NCBI GenBank assembly: GCA_030390025.1
Contig: CM059432.1
Location: forward strand, 128,342,001 to 128,406,000
Direction of reading: 5' to 3'
DNA: 64,000 bases
Source of the DNA: Squalus acanthias
Taxonomy: Eukaryota
The position numbers and the translations under genes are program-made. Below the pieces are notes generated by a model. That model ran no database searches. It saw nothing but the letters and a program-made list of their open reading frames with translations, and was not told the origin of the DNA. This document shows positions 24,236-37,254 of the stretch, piece after piece (within the stretch, counting starts at the first letter, position 1; each line of letters opens with the position of its first letter).

Positions 24236-24880
24236 ACAACAATTTGCATTTATATAGTGCCTTTAACATTAAAAAATGTCCCAAAGCACTTCACAGTGAC
24301 ATAATCAAAAAATGGATACTGAGCCAAAGAAGGAGAAGTGACCAAAATTTGGTCATAGCTGGCTTTTAAGGAGGTTCTTAAACGAGTAGAGACGGAGGGA
24401 TTTATTGGAAGGAAATCTATGTGGAGCCAAGATGGCTGAAGGGATGTCTACCAGTGGTGGTGTGAAGGGAGGCGGAGTTGCATAAGAGTTCTGAATCAGA
24501 GGAATAGAGAGTTTGGGAGAAGGGTATGTAGGGTTGGAGGTGGCTATAAAAATATGGAGAGGTGAAGCATTAGGGTACTGGAAGCTAGGACAGGGGGGAT
24601 AAGGGGTAAGCAGGTTTTGTTGCAGGATAGAATATGGGCAGCAGAATTTTGAATGAGCTGAAGTTTATGCAGGAGCAGAAAGTCAGAGGTGGATGATGTT
24701 ACAGAGGTGGAAGTAGGTAGTTTTTGTAATGGAGAGGATATGGAGTCCGAAGCCCAGCTCAGGGTTCAATTAAACGCTGCGGTTGTGGAATCTGGTTCAG
24801 CCAAAGATGGAGTCAGTGGTGAGGGTACAGAGTTTGTGGCAGGGGTCGAAGGCCATGGCTTTGGTCTTCCCAATGTTTAG
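24236..24880 (-). mobile_element. L2 LINE 3' portion, decayed
   Basis: L2-type tail (ttgcatttatatagtgcctttaac) with similarity to 45485-45880 and 49950-50200. Confidence 0.65.
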
Positions 24881-26493
24881 CTACATTAAACTGCATCTTC
24901 CCATTGCTTAATATATCTATGATCTTTTGTAATTTTTTGCTCTCTTCAAAGTTGGCTATATCTCCTAGATTGGCATCATCTCCAGACTTTAATATACATT
25001 CCCAAATCCAGTTATGGTCCCTTTCGCCCAACTCTTTGGTTCCTATTTTCCAACCAATTTCCTATGAGGTTGTCACCAATTCCATGTGCCTCAATTTCAG
25101 CAGGCAATCTATTGTGCATAACCTTATTAAATACCTTCTGAAAATCCACCTGCATGGCTCTGTTAAGGAACTCTTAGGTTAGTTAAATATGATCCCCCTT
25201 TCACAAAATCATTCTGACTCTTCACAATCCGCTTATAGGTGCTCATTTACCCTATCCCTAATGATGGATTCTAACAATTTTCCCACTACTGACATTAAAC
25301 TCACTGGTCTGTAGTTACTTTATCTCTTCCTCCATTTTTTGAGTAATCGTGTAGCATTTGCTATCATCAGATTCTCCAAAATACAGTGAGTTTTGAAAAA
25401 TTCTAATTTTCCCTCATTTCATCAACTTTTTTAATAAACTTAAGTTAAAAAAGAAACCCAGACATGAATATTAGTCGAGCTTCAATCCTGTTAGTTTATC
25501 TATTACAATTTTTCTGTTCCGGATTCATGTCTGTGCTTTCCTCCCCTTCTCAAAATGCCCTCTGAAAATCCACCTCAATGGCTCGAGTTTTCCCTGAACC
25601 TCATCTTTATCATGGTTCTTGCTTCCATTATAAGGACCAAAGCTAAATATTCAAATAGCCGTTCCATCATGTCCTTATCCTCTATTGTTGCAATACCTAA
25701 CTCTGCTTCACCACATTCTTTGTTTTCAAGGACTTAAAATAAATATTTGCTGTTATCTTTGATAACGTCTGCAAGGTTTTTTTTTTATTCTCCTGCTTTT
25801 CCCTCTTGTTTCTTTGGTCATCTTCGGTTGCTTTCTACAACCTTCCAGCCTTACCACTATTTTTAACCTTTAAATGAGTCTTCTACTTTTGTTTAAATTT
25901 TGTAGATCAATCTGCGTCATCACAGAATTAGCTCTTGCTTTTCAGGATTTATAAACTGTGGATTGTTTTATAATCCATTTAAAAATAATCTGAAAGGCAT
26001 AAGTATTTTAGGGTGATGTAAACATGGTCTGTTAGAATAGTTAGAACAAGTACTAGACAAAGGAGAAATCGGCAACATCTGCCTGGCTTTCTTCTTTTTC
26101 ATATACTGGTAATACTTTGAAGTGTAAGAGACTTCTATGAGAAGCAAGACTGCGGAGAGCCTAAGGCCTTCAAGTAAAAACTTTAATTAAGTACTCAAAA
26201 CACAAGACAATTTAATATTTAAGTTTAAGCATGTTATGAAATGTTTTTTGTAATGTTTTTTGATATGTTGGGGTCCTTATTTTTTTAGCCTATACTTGTC
26301 AAGCTCGGGGAAAAAAAGTCAGACGAAAAAATAAAATTATAAGATGTTTTGAATGATTTAGTTGGTTCACCTTCTCCTTTCTTTGATTAATAAGCTTTTG
26401 ACTGATAAGTGAGGAAAGCAGCTATAAACCTATGAATTGTATGTTCATTGCTGCTGAAATGTGATGGTCACATGAAGTGTGCACAGATGCACC

Positions 26494-26550
26494 ATATATA
26501 TCTATATATCTATATATCTATATATCTATCTATATATCTATCTATATATC
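26494..26550. repeat. (TATATC/TATC)n microsatellite
   Basis: Direct inspection. Confidence 0.9.
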
Positions 26551-26690
26551 ACTATTAAGGTGGGAAGAATGAGATGCTTTGATAAACATATTTTCTTTGA
26601 TCTCTAAGAGTCTTCAGAGAAAAGTGACTACCAATTAGACCAGCTCCCAGAGTTAAAAGGGTTATATTCTAATAGGCTTAGTTCTAATTT

Positions 26691-27352
26691 CCAGCCTCTG
26701 GTTTTATAATCCAGCTAAATAATTAAAATGTAAAATAGAGAGGAAGGTCATGTATTCGGAAGCAAGGCTTCAAGCTGTGGCATCACCTCTTCAGGTCCTT
26801 TTCTTACGTCACTGCTGTGACACTTCCAAGATTATGAGTACCATGCTAAAAGATCATTTTCATATGTTCTTGTTTTGTTAATCTTATGTTTCCGATAAGG
26901 TTGTCCTCCTCTCTCTAGGAAAAACAAAAAAAAGCTTGGTTGCGAATTTTAAATCAAAACTGGCTCAGCTTAGAATTCTCATGACTTTTGAAAGCATTTT
27001 TGTGGTAAAACTGCCCTTTATTAGTAGGTTTTCAGATTGTGTTAGGGCAGTGAAAGAAAACTGTCATTTACAAAGTGCCTTTCACATCCTCAGGATGTGC
27101 CAACGTGCTTTATAGCCAATTAATTACTTGCATCCTTATCGGAAACATAAGATTAACAAAACAGGAATATATGAAAATGATCTTTTAGCATGGTACAAAT
27201 AATCTTGGCAGTGTCACTGCAGTGACGTAAGAAAAGGACCTGAAGAGGTGATGCCACAGCTTGAAGCCTTGCTTCCGAATACATGACCTTCCTCTCTTTC
27301 CTTTCTATTTTACATTTGAATTATTTAGCTAGATTATAAAACCAGAGGATGG
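26691..27352. repeat. Long inverted repeat: arms 26691-26900 and 27134-27352, 233-bp spacer
   Basis: The arms are reverse complements with scattered substitutions and one short indel. Confidence 0.95.
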
Positions 27353-27720
27353 TTTGCAGTGTAATGTTATTCAGTAAATTGACAGCAATTTGTGCACAGC
27401 AAGATCATACAAACCAAAATTAGATAAATGACCAGGTAATCTATTGTTGGTTGAGTGATAAATGTTGGCCAAGATACTGGGAGAATCCCCTGCTTTGTTA
27501 TTGGAACAGGGCTGTGGATCTTTTACATTCATCTGAATAGACAGACAGGGCTTGGTTTAACCTCTCATCTGAAAGACGGCACCTCCAGTAATGCAGCACT
27601 CCTTTAGTACTGCACTGAAGTGTCAGCCTAGATTATGTGCTGAAATTCAGGACTGGGACTTGCACTCTGAACTTTTGATCCAGAGGCAACAATGCTACCC
27701 CAAGTCAAGTTGACACTTAA
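27055..27720 (-). mobile_element. Deu-domain SINE (SacSINE1-like), interrupted by the right arm of the inverted repeat
   Basis: Deu core (rc of ggaggtgccgtctttcagatgag...) and L2-like tail. Collinear with 31515-31960. Confidence 0.75.
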
Positions 27721-27779
27721 AACTTAGCTTTGCAAGAGGGTTCATACAACAATTAGGAACATGCAGGAACAATTCGGAC

Positions 27780-29600
27780 TGGCAGTGGTTCTGCAGGCCT
27801 TAGAACTAATGAAAATACCAAGGCTGTTAGTATATACTAGAGATTACTTGTTCGTCCTACTTCTGTGAGCTGGAGGCCTGCTGAGATTCTCTGACATAGT
27901 AGCAGCTTACCTAGAACTATTAGCATTATTCAGAGTCCCGAGGAATAGTTCTCAGGTTATTAAAACTTTGTGAATCCCTTTATTCTGTCAGAAGAATAAG
28001 AGACAGGAGTTTTAAAATCACTGAGGAACACTAGTTAGATATATATTCCTTTTTAAAAAAAAAAATATGCTGGAAAATGGATTGCTAAGGAGGTAGTTTA
28101 CTTTGCTAATTACTAATACTTTGATACATATCTAGGTAGGTAGCAGAGGGAATGGAGGACCTTTACCTCAACTAGCATGTTGGAAAATTCAAGCTCCAGG
28201 ACTGTGTACAACAACTGAGACTGAATGACACCATTCTTGGTTGTTCTTCCAGATGTAATCCATTATGGTGGCAGAATATGCCCTCTTTAGAACATGTTTA
28301 AAAACTAATATGGTGGTCTTGCCCTACTAGAAATACATCTGCTGCCAAATAATCACAGACTGATATTGAAATTGACACTGGTGTTGTCTATGGCTTTGAC
28401 TTTCCAGCAATGGGAATTAATATTATATGGACATGATGGACTTCTCCAGGAATAAAATAATATAAAAGCATTAGGAGATGTAATTGTATGTATTGTAATG
28501 GTCTCTAGATCATTTAGCAACCTCATAGTGTATTGGTATCCTTGAGAACTCCACTGTCATTAGTACAAACGGAAGATTGTGGTGATTTTTCTGTAATACA
28601 ATATGACGCCACACTGAAGTGAAATTTATGACTTTGTACCAGTATTCTTGGAGGTAATTGGACCACTTTAAAATGCATATACCCAATCCCTGAGTTAATA
28701 GCAGGATTCCTTGGGGCACTAAGAATTCTTGAGGCCCTCTAACTTACTGAAGAACGTAAGGACCTCTATGAAATGTTTCAATAGCTGGAAGGTGATTTTG
28801 AAGAGAGGATTGCCAGAATTCATCTCTGACTTATCCAGTGGTAATTAAGACTATTTGGACCTTGATTAGCTTTTTGCAATTCTTAGGATCATTTGAAATT
28901 GCCTGACTTGGATTCAGATATTGTGAGATTATAGTGAACACTATTTGACCTATCTTCTGAAATCCTGTATGTTTGAGTACCACCACTTACGGAGGGATCT
29001 TTTGAACTGAAGAAACCTCTCTCTGAATGAACTTAGAGAAACTTGGGGGTTTCTAGACTGCTGTAAATCATGTTTTCTTAAGGGTCGTACTCGTAATCCT
29101 GCATTGAAAAGCCCATTAGTAAATTCTCAGATCTGCAAAAGAAATATTGGGCCTTTTTTGGAATCTGCATCACACAGTAGTAAAAACTGCTGACAAACCT
29201 CCGGCTGGCTGAGCTATCACTATACCATGGACTTTAGAACTGCTCAAATACCTTGTACTGGGAGACATGGAGGAATGTGCAGCATTAGAGTTGTTAGATA
29301 TGAGGCGTACTAACATACTGCATCAAGAGTGATAGGATATGGATTTACACCCGCAATTCTCCTGACAGTGAGTTCCTGCCTGGGTTGTCAGTTGGAGATG
29401 GCAAACAGTGCCTGAGAGAGATAGTTGGAGGCAAGTCAACTATGCCTTTCACATACATTTTTTTAAGAGGCCAGAATTTGAGCATCAATTGAGATTTGCC
29501 CACCCTTTTGGTCAGAGAATAATGTGTAGCTCAGGTGACATAAAGCAGGAAAAAATAAACGTGCGTTGTTGTACGCTAATACAAAGCTTGGAGATTTCCA
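27780..29600 (+). pseudogene. Highly decayed L1-clade ORF2 fossil (RT C-terminal half to Cys-rich tail)
   Basis: Ordered degenerate motifs across frames: FSGY (~27948), TYLG (~28126), YGGLAL (~28309), W..I..RG...ISDL..G and WIQIL*DY (~28785-28930), WTLEL (~29227), CLGC (~29376), CPPFW (~29496). Confidence 0.5.
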
Positions 29601-29601
29601 T

Positions 29602-30050
29602 CATAGAAACATAGAAACTAGGAGCAGGAGTAGGCCATTCGGCCCGTCGAGCCTGCTCCACCATTCAATACGATCATGGCTGATCATCCAAATCCAGTAC
29701 CCTGTCCCTGCTTTCTCACACAGAATCCCCATCGAGCCTACACCGACACATATCCCACCCTATCCCCGTAACCCCACGTATTTAATTCCCCCTAACATAT
29801 CCCATCCTATCCCTGTAACCCCACATATTTAATCCCCCCCTAACACTAAGGGTCAATTTATCATAGCCAAATCAACCTAACCCGCACATTTTTGGACTGT
29901 GGGAGGAAACCGGAGCACCCGGAGGAAACCCACGCAGACACGGGGAGAATGTGCAAACTCCACACAGACAAGTCACCCGAGGCCAGATTCGAACCCGGGT
30001 CCCTGGCGCTGTGAGGCACCAGTGCTAACCACTATGCCATCGTGTTGCCC
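29602..30050 (-). mobile_element. HE1-like V-SINE, near-identical to 16412-16847
   Basis: Same head, V domain, internal duplication and tail. Possible short TSD CCATC. Confidence 0.9.
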
Positions 30051-31514
30051 ATCGTAAGATGAGTAAGCTGTGAAATACAACATGGGAAGTCCTCATGGCA
30101 AGAAGACTACAGGCATAAGGCTGAGCAGCATGACTTATTGGATTGTAAAGACTGCTTGAGTTCTTGGTCTTGCCTAAGCTATAAGGGACATGTAAGAGGG
30201 AATGTACATAAGACTATTAAGCCACTGCACTCCCAGCAGAGATGGAGGAATGGGATTATTGTTAGTACTTGATATTTGTCTGCCTGCTTTATAAACCAAT
30301 TGCTGGTGTCACTGGCAGAATATAGTGCATGTGAAGATTATTCAGAATCCCTGTTTTATGTGGCTGGCAGGGTTAACCTTGTATTAGTAGAGGCGGAGAA
30401 CTAGGGCAGGTTAGGACTGCTTGAAATCCAGAGGCTTTTGAAACAGTGGGGACAATGTGAAAGTTAGGGCTCATTGGAAGCTGAGTACTGGTTGGTCACA
30501 TGGTGGGCGATGGCGTATTTTTAAAAAAATCTCATGAAGATTTAGAATGTTGAGATTCTAAATTAAGAATGGTCCTGAGATTTAAAAATATGGAGTGAGG
30601 ATTGACAGTGCAGCCACCCTGCACTGCACTATTGACACCGTAGCTTGGTGGCAGGGGATGATGGTTACTGTTTAGGGTTAGAGTTTTGAGGATATGGGAA
30701 TTGTTGACGCTGTACATTGTGCAAGATCTGAGCAGTTACCTCTGTTGCCTGTAGAAACTGCAATTGACAACTGCTGTTGTCACTAAATTTGTCTGAAATA
30801 TAAAATATAGGGTTAACCTCTCTTAAAATAATGGACAGGAATGTTCTACGAATGCATTAAGCATTTGTGCATGAATATTACCAATAGTGATTTGTAATTT
30901 ATGGTGATTTCACAATTCTGCTTGCATGGTTTTCCTATTTGTACTTGTATACTGAAAAATTATTGCAAAAAATAACCCTTTTTAAAAAAAGAAAGATGCT
31001 AAAGGCTCATGACATTTCAGGTTTGAATATTGGTGGTGTGAGACACAGGATTCAAACCACTGAGTTCCATAACAAATTTGCATTTCTGAAAAAAGGAACA
31101 TATAGCCTTCACGTGACAACTACATTTGTTGCATAGCAACTTGCAGATGCTGACTCAACAATGAGGGATTCAAATATGGATGATGAATTTATTTTTAATC
31201 CCATGTGAGGCAGTGGCAGCACTTAAAATTTTGGAGTTAAGCAGAATATGCCAAATCTCTGCGTATTTACCATCATTCAGAATTTTTTTGAACAGTGTCC
31301 GTTAGGAATTTGTTTGCGTGGTTTTTATGAAGTAAACAGATGCATTTCACGGTTTCAATTTTTTACACAATTAAATGTTATTGCAAACTGACCGGGACTA
31401 ACCTGGTTGTTATTTTCTTCCCTTTCCCTTGACGTTTCCTTGCAGCATGTGGCTGTCAGATGGCCTGGAGGTCTGCTTTGAAATCTTCACTTAAAAACTG
31501 TCTGGTAAAAGAAA

Positions 31515-31960
31515 GAAATAACTTGCATTTATATTGCACCTTTCACGACCTCAAGACATTCCAAAGCGCTTCACAGCCAATGAATTGCTTTTGAAGTGTG
31601 ATCACTGTTGTCCTGTAGGGAAACAGGCAACCAAATTGCACATGGCAAAATCCAAAGAGCAATGAGATAAGTGACCAATTAAACTGTGTCAGTGGTGTTG
31701 GTTGAGGGACAAATGTTCGTCAGCACACCAGGAGAACTCCCCTGCTCCTTTTCGAATAGTGCCATTGAATCTTTTATGTCCACCTGAGAGGGCCTCTGTT
31801 TAACATCTCATCCAAATGACAGCACCTCCTACAGTGCAGCACTCCCTCAGTGCTGCACTGGAATCTCAGCCTGGATTATGTCCTGAATTCCTAGAGTGTG
31901 GCTTTGACCGATGATCTTCTGCCTCCGAGGCGAGAGTGCTACCACTAAACCACGGCTGAC
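31515..31960 (-). mobile_element. Deu-domain SINE (SacSINE1-like)
   Basis: tRNA-like head, Deu core and L2-type tail. Confidence 0.8.
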
Positions 31961-32299
31961 AGAAAGTGAGAGTACCTACTGCCTAGTGGTGTATACCTGG
32001 ACCACTGATTTTTTTCTAATTTTCTCGCTGCACTTCTGGAAGGTGATGATTCACACTGGGGTATGGTTTCATAGGTGACAGCAGACCTTGAATAACTCGC
32101 CCAAGTGGACTCGTGAACCTCTTGATTGTGAATGCCAAATTACTATCAAAATACTAATTTATCACTTGCTCATGGTAGTCTGGAGTCTAGAACACAGTTG
32201 TCATGTTTAACTGCTGATGTTGAATTCTATTTCGGTTAGCATGTCCCTTTAAGGCCACTGCTCAGGTAGTTCCTGTGGAGAAATGTCTAAAGAGGTGCA

Positions 32300-32605
32300 T
32301 TTTTGGTTGTCGTAGCACTGTTGCCTCTAAGTCAGAAGGCTGAGAGTTCAAGTCCCACTCCAGAATTGAGTACATAATCCAGGCTGACACTTCAGGGTAG
32401 TACTGACTGAGTGCTACACTGTCGGAGGTGCTGTCTTTTGGATGAGATGTTAAATGGAGGCCCCGTCTGCTCTTTCAGGTGGATGGAAAAGATCCCATGG
32501 CACTATTCAAAGAAGAGCAGATGAGTTCTGATGGTCTCCTGGCCAATATATATCCCTCAACCAACGCCACTGAAAACAGATTATTTGGCCATGTATCTCA
32601 TTTCT
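32300..32605 (+). mobile_element. Deu-domain SINE, 3'-truncated
   Basis: B box GAGTTCAAGTCCC; core ggaggtgctgtcttttggatgagatgttaaa...aaagatcccatggcactatt. Confidence 0.8.
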
Positions 32606-33199
32606 GGGTGAGGTGCTGGGTGTTTGTGCTGGAGTCTGCAGGTGTGCTGGGGTTGGGTAATTGGAGAGACTGAAGTTAGGGGAGGGAATAGAGGTGGTAA
32701 TTCTTTGGGGTGAAGCTAGTGGGAGGTGAGGATGTGGGAGGAGAGTTATAACAGAGGGCCTGTCGTATAGGTGGGGAATGTAAGAGAGAAGCTGTGATCT
32801 TATAGGGAAGATGGCAAAGAGGAGAGGTTGTTGGCTGCAGTGAAGACTGAGGTCAGGCTGTGGAAGAGGAGCAGAGAGTGGAGATTGCAGTGCTGAAGGT
32901 CAAAGGCGGGCTGAGGTATATGGGTGCAGTCAGAAAGAGCACAAGGAGGGAATTAGTAGCAGTGTAAAATGAATAGATCCTTTAGTAATGAAGGGGAGAA
33001 GGGCAAACTTCATCCCGAAGGCCGGCTGGCTTTGAACAAAGTCAGGACATCAGAACGGAATCAAGGAGGCTAAAGTGACAAGTAAATAGAAAATAATGGT
33101 ATATAATTAAAGTAATTTCAATAGAATTTTTTGAAGCATTGGTTCAGAGGAAATCTTAAGTTCTGTTACAAAAATGTAGGCATGCAGTATAAGAGGAAA

Positions 33200-34200
33200 T
33201 GTAGAAACAGGGAAAGAAAGTTGTTTGATAGACAAAAAGTAGAATTCAGGTTAAGGGTGTTGCTCAGCTTGAGAAGAGTTGGAAGTGGTGTATATGATTT
33301 GGACTTGGCAATAGAGAGCACAATACATAATATTGAAATTTGCTGCTGACATAAAATTAGGGGGTTTGGCAAACAGTGAGATGGACTATAAAAACAACTT
33401 CAGGAGGACATGGATAGATTAATGGAATGGGTAGATGGGTGGCAGATGCAATTTAATGCTTAGCAGTGTGAGTTAATGCGTTTTGCGAGGAAAAACAAGG
33501 AATATACACCTAATAGAAAGGCACTGAAGGGTGTGAATGAACAAAGAGACTTGAGTGTTTAAATACATAATTCCTTGAAAGTGCAGGTAGATAAAGCCAT
33601 AAAAAGACCAATGCCATTTGGGGCTTTTTAAATACAGGCATAGAGTTAAAGAGCAAAGAGGTAAGAAAATTTGTACAAGGAAATGGTCAGGCCATAGTTA
33701 GAGCACTGTGTACAGTTTTGGCCACTCCATTACAGAAGGACATTAAAGCCATTCACTTGAGATGACACCTGGGAGAAGAAACTGTGATTATAAGGAGAGA
33801 CTTGATATATTGGGATGTTTTCCACTGGAGCAGAGAAGGCGAAGAGGAGATTTAATTAAGGTTGTTAAAATTATGAAAGGCTTTGATAGGATGAATAGGG
33901 AAAGATTATTTCCTTTGATTACGGAGTAATTGATGAGTGGTCATCAATTTACAATTATTGCTGAGAGTGAGGAGGTAGGAGAAATGTCTGTATGGAGAAA
34001 ATTATTGGAGCATGGAATACTTTGCCACATGGTATAGTTGAGGCAGACACCACTGCATCTTTTAAGGGAGAAGTGGATAGATATTTGTAGCAGAAGAAAA
34101 TATGGGATGAGAGCAGGGCAGGATTAGTGTCTAACAAAGAGCTGCCAGAGACATGCTTGGCCAAATGGCCATCTATGCAATAAACTTCTATGGTTCTAAC
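33200..34200 (+). mobile_element. Old CR1 3' portion
   Basis: Degenerate KFAAD, WQMQFN, RP.LEHCVQFW motifs and a CR1 tail. Confidence 0.7.
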
Positions 34201-36068
34201 TGAGGAATAAAATATAGTACAAGTGTAAGTTTATTTGTACTCTTATTTCAGTTTGCTGCTGTTCAGTTCTGATTTGCTGTTTCATGAAAATTAATAAATT
34301 TGAATATGAATCAATCCCATTCTGATGGAATTGGGTGGAAGAAATTTGAATATGAGTGAATCATTTGTAAATGACACAAACAAGATTTTGAATCTTTATG
34401 GGTATGACTATGATGCAGTTGACAGAAATGTGGTGTGATGGATAGGACTTGTATGCTTCCTGAACCGATTTTAGTCTATAAATGTGGACCTTGCATGGTG
34501 TTGCTCTCTGTGAGTCAGCGATTACACCGCTGTTGGGGGCTGGGATGTGGAAGTGGGTTCATAGTGCACAACTTCAGTGCAAGATATTGGAAAGAAGTGT
34601 GCAAGACTTTCTCGAGATAATGAGCCAATGTTTTTTGATTGGTTCTTGGAAAATAAATAGTGTTTCCTCTATCCCACTGCAGTGTGATATATAAATAACA
34701 AACACAGCTGCTTAATTAAATATTTCTGTAGAAAAACTAATTTTTAATTCTCAGTATAAACAAAACACAGGTGCTATAATCGCCTTCTGTGTCTTTCTCT
34801 GTATCTCTAAAGGTAAAAGAGACACACACTTGATCATTTTCATCTGAAACTTTTACTCAAAGGTTTCTTAAAATCATCTTCCAGCTTGTTTTCAAATCAT
34901 TTGGAAAAACAAGGAAACAAATCATCATTGTTTTCAAATTCTGCGTTTAAATAAAGATTATATAATTACACATGCTGTAATCATACCTTTTTGCTCTGAG
35001 CTAGGCTCTCAATCAAGTGAAAATTAATTACTTAATAGCTTAAAATTTAGAAATCCTGTTTATACCAACTTTATACCAACTTTTGCACACGCTCAGATTG
35101 CAGCATTATGGGAATTGCAAGCACAAGTGTACTTGTTAACTCCCTTAACTGGCAGGTGGTTCTGAGAAAAATATCAGTGCAAACTAGGCTTTTGAGAGGG
35201 GTTACGACCTCCAAATTAAAATATTAAGGTACTCCAAGACCATTTTATAATATTTTATAATCATATTCTTGTGATATGTGTTTTAATTTTTATTTTACAA
35301 GAAACCTTTTGAATCTTAGTGCTCAAGTTTGTGGGAAAAGAAATATGTTTGAAAAACTATTTTGAATGATTGGTTCAGTTTTTTAATGGTATATTTTGGT
35401 CACTTCCCATAGTTATAGACTTCCAATTTATTGTGGTCAAAAGGTTTTAGATTCTTTGAGTTTCTGCTTCTTTCTTGATAGATTTTGCTGACTGCTGATA
35501 GATATAGCATTCTGGTTTTTTTGCTGTTTGAAGAATATGACTAGGGTGAACTTTACATGCATAATGCCTGATGTATGATTAAAATGTATTCTAGATATAC
35601 TATTTTTAAAAAAATAAATAGTGGATCTTCTATGGTATTTCTTACGGAGAATCAGCGGATATGTTGTTTTGGTACTTTACATCAAATTTACAGCACAAAA
35701 ACAGGCCATTCAGCCCAACTTGTCTGTTGGTGTTTATGCTCCACACGAGCCTCACCCATCCTACATCATCTAACCTTATCAGCATATCCTTCTATTCCTT
35801 TCTCTGTCATGTGTTTATCTAGCTTCCCCTTAAATGCATCTATGCTCTTTGCCTCAACTACTCCATGTAGTAGCGAGTTCCACATTCCAACCACCCTCTG
35901 GGTAAAGAAGTTTTTCCTGAATTCCTTATTGGATTTATTGGTGACTATCTTATATTTATGGTCCCTAGTTTTGGACTCCCCCACAAGTGGCAACAACAAC
36001 TTATATTTATATAGCACCTTTAATGTAATAAAATGTCCGAAGATGCTTCACAGGAGTGTTATCAAAGA

Positions 36069-37195
36069 CACTCATGGGGTCGGGGGTAATATAGTAGCAT
36101 GGATAGAGGATTGGTTAAAGGACAGAAAACGGAGAGTAGGGATAAACTGATCTTTTTCAGGTTGGCAGGCTGTAACTAGTGGGGTGCCGCAAGGATCAGT
36201 GTTGGGGCCTCAGCTTTTTACAATCTATATTAATGACCTAGATGAAGGGACCGAGTGTAATGTATCCAAGTTTGCTGATGATACAAAGCTAGGTGGGACA
36301 GTAAGCTGTGAGGAGAACACAGAGTCTGCAAAGGGATATAGATAGACTAAGTGAGTGGGCAGTAAGGTGGCAGATGGAGTATAATGTAGAGAAATGTGAG
36401 GTTATTCACTTTGGTAGGAAGAATAGAAAAACAGAACATTTTTTAAATGGTGAGAAACTTTCAAATGTTGGTGCTCGGCGAGATTTGGGTGTCCTCATTG
36501 CAAAAAACACAGAAAGCTAGCATGCAGGTACAGCAAGCAATAAGGATGGCAAATGGCATGTTGGCCTTTATTGCACGGGAGTTGGAGTATAAGAGTAAGG
36601 AAGTCTTGCTACAATTGTACAGGGCCTTGGTGAGACCACACCTGGAGTACTGTGCATAGTTTTGGTCTCCTTATCTAAGGAAGGATATACTTGTCTTGGA
36701 GGCGGTGCAACAAAGGTTCACTAGATTGATTCCTGGGATGAGAGGGCTGTCCTATGATGAGAGGTTGTGTAGAATGAGCTTATACACTCTGGAGTTTAGA
36801 AGAATGAGAGGTAATCTCATTGAAACATACAAGATTCTGAAAAGGATTGACCGGGTAGATGCTAAGAGGTTGTTTCTGCTGGCTGGAGTGTGTCTAGAAC
36901 TAGGGGACATAGTCTCAGGATAAGGGGTAGGCCATTTAAGACCGAGATGAGGAATTTCTTCACACACAGGGTTGTGAATCTTTGGAATTCTCTGCCCCAG
37001 AGGGCTGTGAATGCTGAGTCTTTGAGTATATTCAAGGCGGAGATAGATTTTTAGACTCTAGGGGAATCAAGGGATATGGAGATTGGGCGGGAAAGTGGAG
37101 ATGAGGTCGATGATCAGCCACAATCTTATTGAATGTCGGAGCAGGCTCGAGGGGCCGTATGGCCTACTCCTGCTCCTATTTCTTATGTTCTTATG
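36069..37195 (+). mobile_element. CR1 (HER1-like) 3' ~1.1 kb
   Basis: [27 protein letters not shown] and a 3' UTR ending ttcttatgttcttatg. Confidence 0.92.
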
Positions 37196-37254
37196 TAAAA
37201 AATTTGTCACCAAGCCATATAAGGAGATGTTAGGGCAGAAGACGAAAAAAAAAG

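Noticed and set aside
28780..29100. Resemblance to a Mab21/cGAS-like C-terminal segment (TYLLKSCMF...FLDCC) or an endogenous viral ORF
   Set aside because: Similarity is weak, and the flanking motifs in order fit L1 ORF2 better.
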